A stretch of 64,000 nucleotides of DNA from positions 198,772,001 to 198,836,000 of the forward strand of contig OZ024740.1 of NCBI GenBank assembly GCA_964016885.1, read 5' to 3'. The notes beneath the pieces are model-generated. The model saw nothing but the letters and a program-made list of their open reading frames with translations, was not told the DNA's origin and ran no database searches. Positions 44,802 to 56,235 of this stretch are shown piece by piece. The DNA is from Eledone cirrhosa. Taxonomy: Eukaryota. The translations under genes and the position numbers were made by a program. The stretch's first letter is position 1, and each line of letters opens with the position of its first letter.

Positions 44802-45062
44802 AAAACGAAAAATCAGTGATGCATCTAAACTCAATTTATTGTGTGTTACAATTGTTTCGCCGGCGGACAGCTCGAGACACGATCAATGTGTGGATCTGTC
44901 TGATTCTGGATCCGCATGTTCGACGGACACGGAGAGAATTTGCTCCGAAATCATTAGACGTGTCCGTCGAACCTGCGGATCCAGAATCAGACAGATCCAC
45001 ACAATGATCGTGTCTCGAACTGTCCGCCGGCGAAACAATTGTAACACATAATAAATTGAGTT
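44802..45062. repeat. GC-richer fold-back element with ~105-bp arms
   Basis: 44828-44931 is inverted at 44959-45062; each arm ends ccggc-GAAA-caattg-TA-acac. Confidence 0.85.
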
Positions 45063-46462
45063 CAGTACTCAATACTTAGGGTAGTAGAGTGCGTAATAGT
45101 AACAAGTAAGACCCCAACGGCTGAGATCAAGCCGTTTCGACGGCTAATTCTGTACTGAATAAAAATGTATTCTGGTATTTAAATAGCCGAGCTTATCAAG
45201 GGGTAATTCCATATATGGTCAAAGAGTAATCACCAGGATTGGTCACATCACAAGTTAGTAGTAAATCTGTGAAGGCAAATTGGTGGGGGAAGGGGTAGCT
45301 AAACCTGCCGGTAGGAGAAAGAGAGAGAGGGGGTGGAGTAGACCCATTCATGCGTTGGTAGTGCCAGCTACAGCTGGGTGTGAGGTCAAAGAGGATACTG
45401 GGGAGGGGGAGGGGGAGGAAGTTGAGACGGTAAATAGAACAATGAGGGGTAAAACTATAAAAGGTACTGAGAGAAAAAAAAAATAAAGTAAGCAAAGTCT
45501 GGTTACTAAGACTTAAGTCTCTCGCTATTGCTTGGCTAAAGAAATACATAAATAAATAAATAAACAAATAAGTGAATAAAAAAATAGATAAATAAATTAA
45601 AAAAAATATATATATATAATGAAGAATAAAACAATAAATAATAATAATAAAAATAAACTAGGTGGGACGGAAATAAAGGGACCCTTATACGAGCCATAAG
45701 TGCGTGTATCGTACGGTGACGGGTCAACATAGGGGGGGGGGGCGAACATACTAAATAGACTACCACGAAATAATAAAGGTTTCTACCCCAATCACAGGGC
45801 CAGCAACCACCGAATGCAAGAAAGTAAACTAGTACGAGAATATAATTCAGGGTCCCGCAAGAAAATACTAGTGCTAACTCTAAGGGGCGCCACGAAACAA
45901 AAAGTCTTATACAAGCTACAAGAAAGATCGTACGAAGTAAAAGTAAAGAACGGAAAATTAATACAGAAACACCACCCCCCCCCCCCCAAAAAAAAAGGGG
46001 GAAAAGAAGAAAGAAATACTGGATAAACGAGAAATTAAAGCAAAGATGCCACTAAGAAATATAGAAGGCACGGAAAAAAGGGTCAGCGGTCGGAGAAGGG
46101 GGCGAGTATCCGAAGTCTAACACCTCTGCTATAAAAAGCGGAGTCAGCTAAATCTATCATAGGATAGGGGAGGGGGGGTGCTGAAGCTACAAGGGACCGA
46201 GGGGCTACCTCGGTTAGGCGAGAAAAAGACGACGGCAAAGAAAAGGATCTGGGGTAGAAGGACTAGGGAGGGAAGGGGGAAGGAGGAAACATAGAGGAAG
46301 CGATAAAAGAATGTAAAAGAAGATATTACGTCTCCATTGGCAAGCAGGGGTTACCCATTACAAAATAGGCAAGTGGAGTGTTATAGCCCTAGTCTATGGG
46401 TCATTATGGGGTTTGAGGGCGAGGTAAGTCCTACGTAATCAGTGTTTACATGCAGTAACCAG
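45063..46462 (-). mobile_element. Non-coding element ending in a type I hammerhead (45111-45204) with a U3-A8 core
   Basis: minus strand reads acccc-TTGATAA-gctcggcta..tagccgtc-GAAA-cggct/agccg-TT-ggggt; the other two copies have GTC at the cleavage site; left-to-right extent inferred from the flanking (TA)n. Confidence 0.7.
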
Positions 46463-46502
<40 letters not shown>

Positions 46503-46505
<3 letters not shown>

Positions 46506-46690
46506 AAAAAGTATGACCCCGACGGCAGAGCTCAAGCCGTCTCGGCGGCTATTTCTAGTCCAGAAACGGCTTCAGCTCTGACGTCGGGGTCATACTTTTT
46601 TCTATTTCCCACTCTACTACCTTAGGTATTGAGTACTCTTGTGCGTTATGGTCCTTCTGGTTCTTTACCACAATTCTTCTCTTAAATAAA
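46503..46690. mobile_element. Fold-back fragment of the 45-kb hammerhead family in (TA)n
   Basis: gaaaaagtatgaccccgac..agccgt is inverted as acggct..gtcggggtcatacttttt, followed by a tail. Confidence 0.8.
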
Positions 46691-46743
46691 TATATATATA
46701 TATATATATATAAATAACCGGATGGTATTATAATTATTAATCA

Positions 46744-46786
46744 TTAAATCACTTTCGTCACAATTTCTGCGATCTCATCAGAGACT
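46744..46786 (-). ncRNA. Degenerate hammerhead-like motif related to the 7.8-kb PLE pLTR
   Basis: minus strand reads CTGATGA-gatcgca..tgtgac-GAAA-gtga-TT; stem I is poor. Confidence 0.45.
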
Positions 46787-47155
46787 ACATTTGTTACTTC
46801 TTTGTTCTGTTTCACACCATCTTGGTATATATGCGTATAACGTTTCTATGTGTATGGAATAAAGAAGAATATGTATATTATACTTTTTTTAATTCATCAT
46901 TTTCCGAAAGTATACATACTTGACTAAGTTCAGCAATGTATAAGTGTCTAGAGGAAAGCTAATGTAAACAAACCCTTGTTTTTTTTTTATTTCAATAGAC
47001 ATTTGTATCTCTGACGTTTTTCAAATTAAAATCAATTTCTCTCTGCTTGAGACATATGCCATTTCACTTCGGTTCTATTCCGTGTAGCAAAGTAATGTCT
47101 TTTTGTGTTATTGGAATGTAATTTTATCATATTTCGTTATTTAGTTGAAAGATTT

Positions 47156-47224
<69 letters not shown>

Positions 47225-47239
47225 CATCTTTCAACTAAT

Positions 47240-49603
47240 ATATATATACAATAATTAACCGTGCACAACAAAACCAAAGGCATGATAGTAGTTGGTCTCT
47301 ATAGGCCACTCGAAAGACCCATCCTGCGTTGTAAAGGAGGCCTCAACAGCATTAAATGCTTTATTCAACAGTGCCATTCTAGTAACATACTTATGTTGGG
47401 AGACTTAAATCTACCCACTGTTGATTGGTCTACAAACAGTTTGAAACAAGGCACTCCACCTCAACCTCTGACAAAGAGGGAGTAGAGCCCCTTCTCGACT
47501 TTATGAATGAGTTTTTTTCTTGTCCCAACTTGTCCTTGCACCAACAAGGTGTCAGGCAACTATTTTTGACCTAGTGTTTAGTAATCACACTAACACTGTA
47601 CATAATATTACAGTGGTAAAGATCCCTTGTTTCAAACTATGACATAGTTCTCTATAACCTGAGATTCAACCAGTCGAATGCTAATCCAAGTGACCACTCA
47701 CCAGTCCACCCATTTGATAACATAGATCCCTATAATGCCAACTGGCATGCAATCATGAACAAGCTGTCACATGTTGACTGGTCCTTTACTCATGCACACA
47801 TCTCCACCAACACCAAAACACCTTGCCAAAACTTTGTAGACACAGTCACAAACATATGTGCAAAACACACCCCACCAAGACCTGTGAATAAAACTAGGTG
47901 CAGAATCCCTCAATACAACTATTATCAGAAAAATAAAAGGAACAAACAAAAAAATTAACAAACTAAAATACTGCCAACACACACATTCGATGGTTATCGC
48001 ACTGCTCTAATAAAATCAATATAACCTCCAGCAATACATGAAGACCATAGAACGGCTGAGGAAAGTTCAGTCATTAAAAAAATCAAACGTAACCCCCAAA
48101 TTTTCATTTCATTTGCGAAAGACACCCTGTTGCCCCTCTAATTGATGAAAATAGCACTCTCCAAGATAAGGCCAAAACCTATAGATGAGATACTGCAGAA
48201 ACAATACTGCTCTGTTTTCAGCAATGATGATATAGCCGATCTGGGCCGTTTCAGTGTTGTTAATCCCCAACACACTACATCCGACATAGCGTTTGGCACC
48301 CCTGATATCTTAGCGGCAATAAACGAAATTAACCATATTTCAGTAATAGGCAATTACTAATCTATGGAGGATGCTGTCTATATTCCTGAAAACTTTCTGT
48401 CTCAGTCTGTTGGCCTAGTTTTCAAAAAAGGAAACAAGTCCCTTGCAGTGAACTACGCTTCGATCTCACTAACTCTCATATCATCAAGCTATTTGAGGGG
48501 GTGGTGAGATGATGAATGAGCCACTTTCTTGAAAGCAGCAATATGGGTTCCGCAATGGAAGGGACTGCCTAGCGCAGCTCCTGCATCACTTTGATGACAT
48601 TTTGAGACCTTTGGATTAGGGCCCCAACACTGATGTCGTCTATCTTGATTTCAGCAAGACCTTTGACCGGGTTAATCACAAGATCCTATTGAAAATTCTA
48701 TCCAACATGGGTGTCACCTGAAAATTACTGCAATGGATCAAGAGTTTATTTATAGACAGAGCCCAACATGTTGTAGTCGAAGGAGTAAAATCAAACTCAG
48801 CCAAAGTCAGTAGTGGCGTTCCGCAAAGCAATGTGTTAGGCCCACTTCTTTTCATGATCTACATCCATGACATTACTGACATCATCAAACACAGCAACAT
48901 AAAAAACTTTGCAAATGATTCCAAGCTCCAGAACGTCATCAATGGAGTGGGTGACCGGGCATGCCTTCAGTCAGACCAACTGGATGTTATCTAATTGGCG
49001 GAAAAGAATCCTGTTGAATAAGGATAAATTTGAGTTAATCCACTTTGGAAAAGAGCATGCTCTGAAACTCCCATACTCCCTTCCTTCAAATGAAACTCTC
49101 GTGGTATCCTATAAGATAGGAGACATGGGAGTAATTGTGGACAACAACATAAGCTGGGCCACTCATATAAACAGCAAAGTTGACATGGACCGCAGAATGC
49201 ATTCCTGGATTCTTAGAACTTTCCAGTTGAGAGATATTCACACCATTATCCTTCTCTTCCCCAATTTTGCCCGACACGACCTTGAATACTGCTGTCCACT
49301 GTGGTCTCCCCACATGAAATAGAGTATCATGAAAGTTGAAGCTTCTCAAAGCTTCTCAATTACAAGAAAGATAGATGGCATGGCAGGCCTTGATTTTTGG
49401 GGTCGACTAGAAAAGCTCGAACTATATTCTCTCCAACGTAGCCGTGAGCACTAGATCATCTGCATCATGTGGAACAAATTCTATCAGCATTACCAAAATA
49501 ATATTGGCATCACCTTTAATGTACACCGAAGACTTGGGCCACGCGCTATCCGCTCACGATAAACATCACAGTCGCATCTCAACAAAAATACGGCACAATT
49601 ATT
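47240..49603 (+). mobile_element. Decayed CR1-like LINE (APE remnant plus RT), same family as 9790-12200
   Basis: VVGLYRP..LMLGDLNLPTVDW, ILQKQYCSVFS, LEYCCPLWSPH; colinear with the minus-strand copy. Confidence 0.9.
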
Positions 49604-51365
49604 AGGAGATCTTCAAGGTGGCAGACAACATCAGACAGCTATTAAGTAAAAGTATGAAGTCCTGCGAAACAGAGTTAACACCAGGTAGAGAATGCTTGGG
49701 AGGCGTGAAGATCAAGAAAGGTATCTTGCAGGGAGATAGTTTTTCCCCTTTGCTGTTTGTCCTTAACCTCATACACCTGTACCTCATATTGCGAAAAGTG
49801 AGAGAAGGATACAAGCTGGGAAGAAAAGAGCTTACGATAAACCACCTCCTCTTCATGAACGATCTTAAACTCGTTGGGAAGAGTGAGAATGGGTTGGATG
49901 TACTTGTTGACACTGTCCGTATTTTGAGCAATGATATATGTATGGAATTTGGTGTTAATAAGTGTGGAGTCCTAGTGATGAAGAAGGGTAAATTGAGCAG
50001 AGCAACGGAATGAAGTTACCAACAGGTGAGATGATAATGGAAATTGACACTCAAGAGGTATACAAATATTTAGGTGTTCTGGAAGCTGATGACATCAAGA
50101 ACAGAATAATGAAGGAATTGATAAGATCTGAGTATATAAGGAGAGTAAGGAGCGTATTAAAATCACATCTAAAGAGTAGGAATGTCATAAGTGCAGTAAA
50201 TTCCCGAGATGTGTCTATTATTAGGTACAGTGCGGGAATTCTGAAATGGAATGTTGTTGAACAAAGAGAAATGGATAGAAAGACTGGGAAGCTATTGACT
50301 ATCTACAACATGTTCCACAAGAGGAGTGATGTCGATAGACTCTACTTAAGGAGATCTGAAGGTGGAAGAGGTCTTATCAGCATAGATGACTGTGTTCAGA
50401 TGGAGAAAAACAACCTGCACAAATATATGACTGACAGTTAGGAGCCAATGCTCAAAATTGTACTGAAGAAGAAGACAATTGACCAGGGGATGTCCAAGGA
50501 AGAAATAACAGCAGGGAGCAAGGGCAACTTTCATGAAAAATCACTTCATAGTACCTTCTTTAAGAAAACGGAATTTAGAGATGCACAGACATGGAACTGG
50601 TTAAAAAGAGGAGACCTTAAAAAGGCTACAGAAGGAATGCTAATGGCTGCGCAAGAGCAGGCCCTCAAAACGAAGTGGCTGAAACAGCATATTTACAAGG
50701 AGGAGGCTAGCCCACTGTGTAGGATATGTGGACAGAGAGAGGAGACTGTGGCTCACATTGTATCCGAGTGTAAACACCTAGCCCAGACTCACTATAAGGG
50801 CTGGAGACATGATGTGATGGGCAGGATGATCCACTGGCACCTGTGCAAAGTAAACAATTTACCACATTCTGAGAAATGGTATGAGCATAAGCCAGAGTCA
50901 GTGATAGAAAACGATCAGGTGAAGGTGCTATGGGATTTTAGGATACAGACGGACAAGAAATTAGAACAAAATAGGCCTGACCTGGTGGTTTTGGTCAAGG
51001 AAAAAAGATCGTGCCTGATTGTAGATATAGCCTGCCCATTCGACACAAGAGTGCAAGAGAAGGAGAGGGAGAAAATTAACCGATACCAGGACTGAAAGTG
51101 GGAGGTAAAAAGGAATTGGAACTGCTATGAAGTCAAAGTGGTCTCAATTGTCATAGGCGGACTAGGTACTGTCTCAAAGAGTTTCCAAGGAGAGTTAAAG
51201 AAAATTGGTCCCGCTCCGCTTTTTGGGACACTTCAAAAGGCATGCTTGCTGGTAACAGCAAGAACCCTCCTATACATCCCGAATATCTGAGGCTGCATTA
51301 GTGGTTTGATATTCATTTCAACAAACTTTACAGTTAAATGACATCAATGACTGAGACTCAAAAGA
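49604..51365 (+). mobile_element. Dong/R4-type RLE LINE, family A, 5'-truncated
   Basis: GILQGDSFSPLLF, HLLFMNDLKL, CRIC..ETVAHIVSEC, RHD, NRPDL; followed by (TAA)n. Confidence 0.9.
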
Positions 51366-52369
51366 CAATAATAATATAAAAATTAATAATAATAATAATA
51401 ATAAATAATAATAATTATAATAGAAGGGAAGAAGACGCACGTGGTAGATAGAAGGTCATGAAATCGCTCCCGTAATGTTTTCATTTTTGACATATTTAAA
51501 ACAATTGTGATATTACAATTCTTAGTACAAATGATACATAAAGCACCAGGCTCAATCTTAGAAAAATTTGGATCCATAATATATTGTTATATCTCTCAAA
51601 TATTCAATTTTGTATTATACATTTTATATGCAAAAAAGAAAATGGTTATAAATGGAAGAAAACCCCTCTGTCTACACTATATAGAACAGCCAAATAACAG
51701 CAGTTCACCAACACCAAAAACTAGATACACCACCTACCCTATCACCCCCTCTGTGTACACTAAATACAACAGCCAGATAACGGCAATTTCACCACCACCA
51801 CCACCAATCCCAGCATAATAATAATAATAATTACTATTATTATTGTCTCAAGTTTTAACAAAATGTTTAATTCCAATATTAAGAAAAATATGTCAACACA
51901 TATTAAACATACGCGAGAAACTCATAGATACACAGATCAAACAGACTACAGTCTATACAACAAAACTCAGTAACGACAACGCCATCACTATAGTCACCGC
52001 CGCCACCACTCCATCCATCATTGCTACCACTATCCCATCACCGCCGCCACCACGCCTTCATTGGTACCACCACTATTCCCCCATTACCTTCTGTTAATTT
52101 AGACAAGGGAGAGGCTAGCAAAAGATATAAATAGATTGACTTAGTGACCCGGCCACCGGCCAAACCTCAACGACTATGGCACTGCTGGCTCCCCCTTCCC
52201 CACCAACAATAGAAAAAGCCCCAGCACCACGACCGACATAGCCAACAACAATAACAGGCAACTTCAGCAAAAAGTATATTATATTATTAATAATTTCATT
52301 CTTAAGCCACGCAATGCTCACATTAAGGAACCACTCATGATAATAACAATTTAAAAAACAACAAAAAAG

Positions 52370-55300
52370 AAAACCCCGTGACCAAGAAATACCGGGATGG
52401 CGGCCGGCGGGGAATAGCCGTGTCTCTAGGGGAGGAGGACCCCTCTAGTCTTGGTTGACACTCGTCCTAGAAGTGGTAACACGAAATGATTACCCCTTGG
52501 CGGATAAGGATAAAACGCGACAAAATAAAGTAAGTGTCTAATGATAAAATCTCATACCGGATCGGCCGTCACCCGGGTCAAAAAGGGCCGCGTCCCTCAG
52601 AGAGGAACCAGACTGGGGTCGAAAAATGAGCTAATGGTTCAAACCTTCCCATCACTTCGGAGCTGGAGACCTCCCATAACCGGAATACTCCTACTGTTGG
52701 CCCTTCATGCTCACCACCAAGAAATCCAAAGAAAAGGAGAGAAAAATGGTCAAGGGAAGATAATAAAGAAGTCCTTGAGGCTTTCTACACTGCCATGTAC
52801 TAACCATCGAATACATCGAATACAGAACAGACATATATCAACTGGAAAAATAAACATCCCGAAAACAGAGGCTATATTGACAGTAACAAACTAGCCAATA
52901 TACGAAGAAATATTATAAGAAAAAAGTTACTAACTGATATTGAAATTGATCAGATCAAGCTATTAGCACAAAATCAGCGAAGGGAAAATGAAACATGTGT
53001 CAGTGAAAACGAGGTAAATTGTATCACTTCGAATCCCAGGGGTGGGGTGGAATCACTGACAACAGAACAAATTAAAGAAAGGATCGAAAAAGTGGAGGGA
53101 GTGCATGCTCAAGATGAAACTCCAAATGTAAACAATCAGATTGTAAATGATAAAGAAATGAATGAGAATGAACTTGCCAACTTGAAGGATGAAATTATGA
53201 TCGAATGGATGAAAATGAAAGAATCTGACATGGGGCAACGAGATACCCTCCCTGAGATCCAGAACTCCAAACAGAACCAAACGATAATACACAAGACTAA
53301 CATAATTCTCAAAAACATTATCATCACAAACAAACTAAACATTACTGATTTAAATCATCTCTATTATGCATCGGCTAAAGTCACCACTCACTTACGTGGA
53401 GTGAAGATGAAAAAAAAAGGAATTCCCACAAGAAATCTACTTGGCAAGAGCACATCAATCGCCAAGTAAACCTTCTCCGATCTGACATAGAAATTTTAAC
53501 AAACTATAAAGTAGGTGAACATGTTAAACAAACTAAACTTAGAAAATTGAAAAGAAAGTACAGTATAAAATCAACAAGTGACATAGACATGCTGATAGAA
53601 ATAATCAAGCAAAAAGTGTCGGCGTAAGCTGCTCGTATAAGGCGCTTTATAAAACGATCTAGATTCTATAAGGACAATAATATGTTCAAAAACAAACAAA
53701 GAATCTTCTACTGAAAAATTGGTAAGTCAACAATAACTGCTAAATCAATACCACCCAAGGAAGAAGTGCAAGAATTCTTGGAAAAGATCTGGGCCGAAGA
53801 AAAAGTTCATAATATACATGCCCCATGGATAGACAGACAAATGAAAGATAGAGCTCACCTTGAGGAACAAATATGGGAAATATAACAGATGGACAGTTGC
53901 GTTTGGCTCTAAGAAAAACCAGCAAATGGAAATCCCCAGGAAAAGATAAAATACAAAATTTTTGGATAAATGCCTTCACAGTGTCTCATGAGCTGTTAGC
54001 CCAACTTTACAATGAAATAGTTAAGGAGCCAGAAAAGATACCATCATGGCTAGTTAACGGCATTACATTCCTACTTCCGAAGAATGATGAGACAAACAAT
54101 CCCAAACATTAGAGACCGATAACTTGCTTGACCACATTGTATAACATTTTAACATCAGTCCTAACTGAATATACATATGACCACCTGATAACAAATGACC
54201 TATTTCCCATTGAGCAGAAAGGGTGTAAACGAGGCTCATATAGCTGTAAGGATCAGCTTTTGGTTAACAAAATGATACTGGAAGATTGTCATAGTAGACA
54301 CAAAAATCTATCAATTGCTTGGATAGATTATAAAAAAGCATTCGATAGTTTGCCACACAGTTGGATTGAAAAATGTTTGCAGATTTTCAAAATATCTCCC
54401 GTCGTCAGGAGGTTTTTGTCATTCAGTATGAAGACATGGAAAACGACACTCCTTTTGAATAGTGAAACAAAATCACTGGAAGCTGGAGAAGTTAATATTA
54501 ATTGTGGAATTTTTCAGGGTGACTCTTTATCAACGCTTTTATTCTGCATCGCACTTATACCATTAAGTAAAATGCTCAATGAAACAAAACATGGATATAA
54601 AGTCTATGACAAAACCATTAATCACTTGTTCTACATGGATGACCTGAAACTATTTGCAAAAAATGATGAACAATTGCAAGGTCTATTATCCTCTGTGGAG
54701 CAGTTCAATGATGTCATTAAAATGGAGTTTGGACTAGATAATGCGCCAAAGCAACGTTCACCAGAGGAAAGCTGCTGAAAAGTTCAGACATTAATCTTGA
54801 TCGGGGGAATGTGATAAGAGAACTTGATCAAGAGAAAACTTACAAATATCTAGGTGTTTGTGAAGGAGACAGAATCAAGCACTCGACAATGAGGGAAAGG
54901 ATAAGGAAGGAATGTTAACGCAGAGTAAGAGCAATCTTAAGAACGGAATTGAAAGCAAAGAATAGGATCGATGCCATAAACACGCTTGCCATACCAGTAG
55001 TAACCTACAGTTACATTTTCATCAACTGGTCAAGCACAGAGATCCGTAGGATCGATACAAAAATTCGAAAATTCTTAACCATGCACAGAATGCATCACCC
55101 TAAGGCAGATACAGATAGAATATATCTCCCTAGGAAAGAAAGAGGACGTGGTTTAAACCAGTTAGACATTGCGTTGAAAATTGCAACAATTGGAGTTTCT
55201 ACATATCTAAGGGAATCACATGATTGGATGATCAAACTCGTTTTGAAACACGAAAGCATCAAAAGATCATACTCCATTACAAAAGATGCACAAAGATACA

Positions 55301-56235
55301 GTAATGGACTACAAATTTCAGAAGTCCCATTTACTGCTGAAATGGAAAACACAGAAAAAGCAAAGCAGGTAAAAGTAACTGCAAAGAAAGAACTGCTACA
55401 GAAACTGGCTAAGAAAAGCCTCTGTATGGAAAATACCCAGAACGAGCTAACAATCCTGATGTTGACAAAACTTTAACCCATCAGTGGTTGGCATCCTCTG
55501 GAATGAAATCGGAGACTGACGGACTGATTATATCAGCACAAGATCAGTGTCTGCCAACAAAAATTACCAAGCCAACATAATAAAAAATGGATGCAGCCCA
55601 TTATGCCGTGTATGTAAAAAACAACCAGAGACCATTGACCATATAATTTCAATGTGCAGACGTATAGCTCCAACCTAATACCTAAACAGGCATGACAGAG
55701 CTGCAGAATACATACATTGGATAATGTGTAAGCATTTTGACCTGCACCATCAAAAGAATTGGTGGGAGCATCAACCACCTCCCATACTTGAAAAAGATCA
55801 CTTCTCAATCTTGTGGAACTTTAGCATCCAAACAGACCGAAAACTAGATGCAAATAGACCTGATTGAAGGACTTTAAAAAGAGGGTATGCCTGCTAATTG
55901 ATATGTCCGTTCCAATAGACAAGAATGTATCTATAAAAACATTTGATAAATTGAGCAAGTATAAGGACCTGGAGATAGAAATTGGAAAAATGTGGAAATT
56001 GAGAACTAAAACAATACCAGTGTTTGTAGGCGCTCTAGGAGGGGTCTAATGATTACTAATCGCAAATCCCAGGAAATCTGCGTATAGGAGAAATACAAAA
56101 GATAGTACTAATGGGAACTGCCCATATACTAAGGAAGATTCTGTCAATATAAGTACATCACAAGTCTAAACACCTAAAGATGCATGTGTGAGTATGTATG
56201 TTCTTTCTTGAACATGGCAGACCTTGTTGTCTTTG
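52370..56235 (+). mobile_element. Dong/R4-type RLE LINE, family B, near full length but frameshifted
   Basis: GC-rich leader, N-terminal region, KSPGKDKI, EQKGC, DYKKAFDS, FYMDDLKL and RLE remnants; 3' UTR cut by the next copy. Confidence 0.9.
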
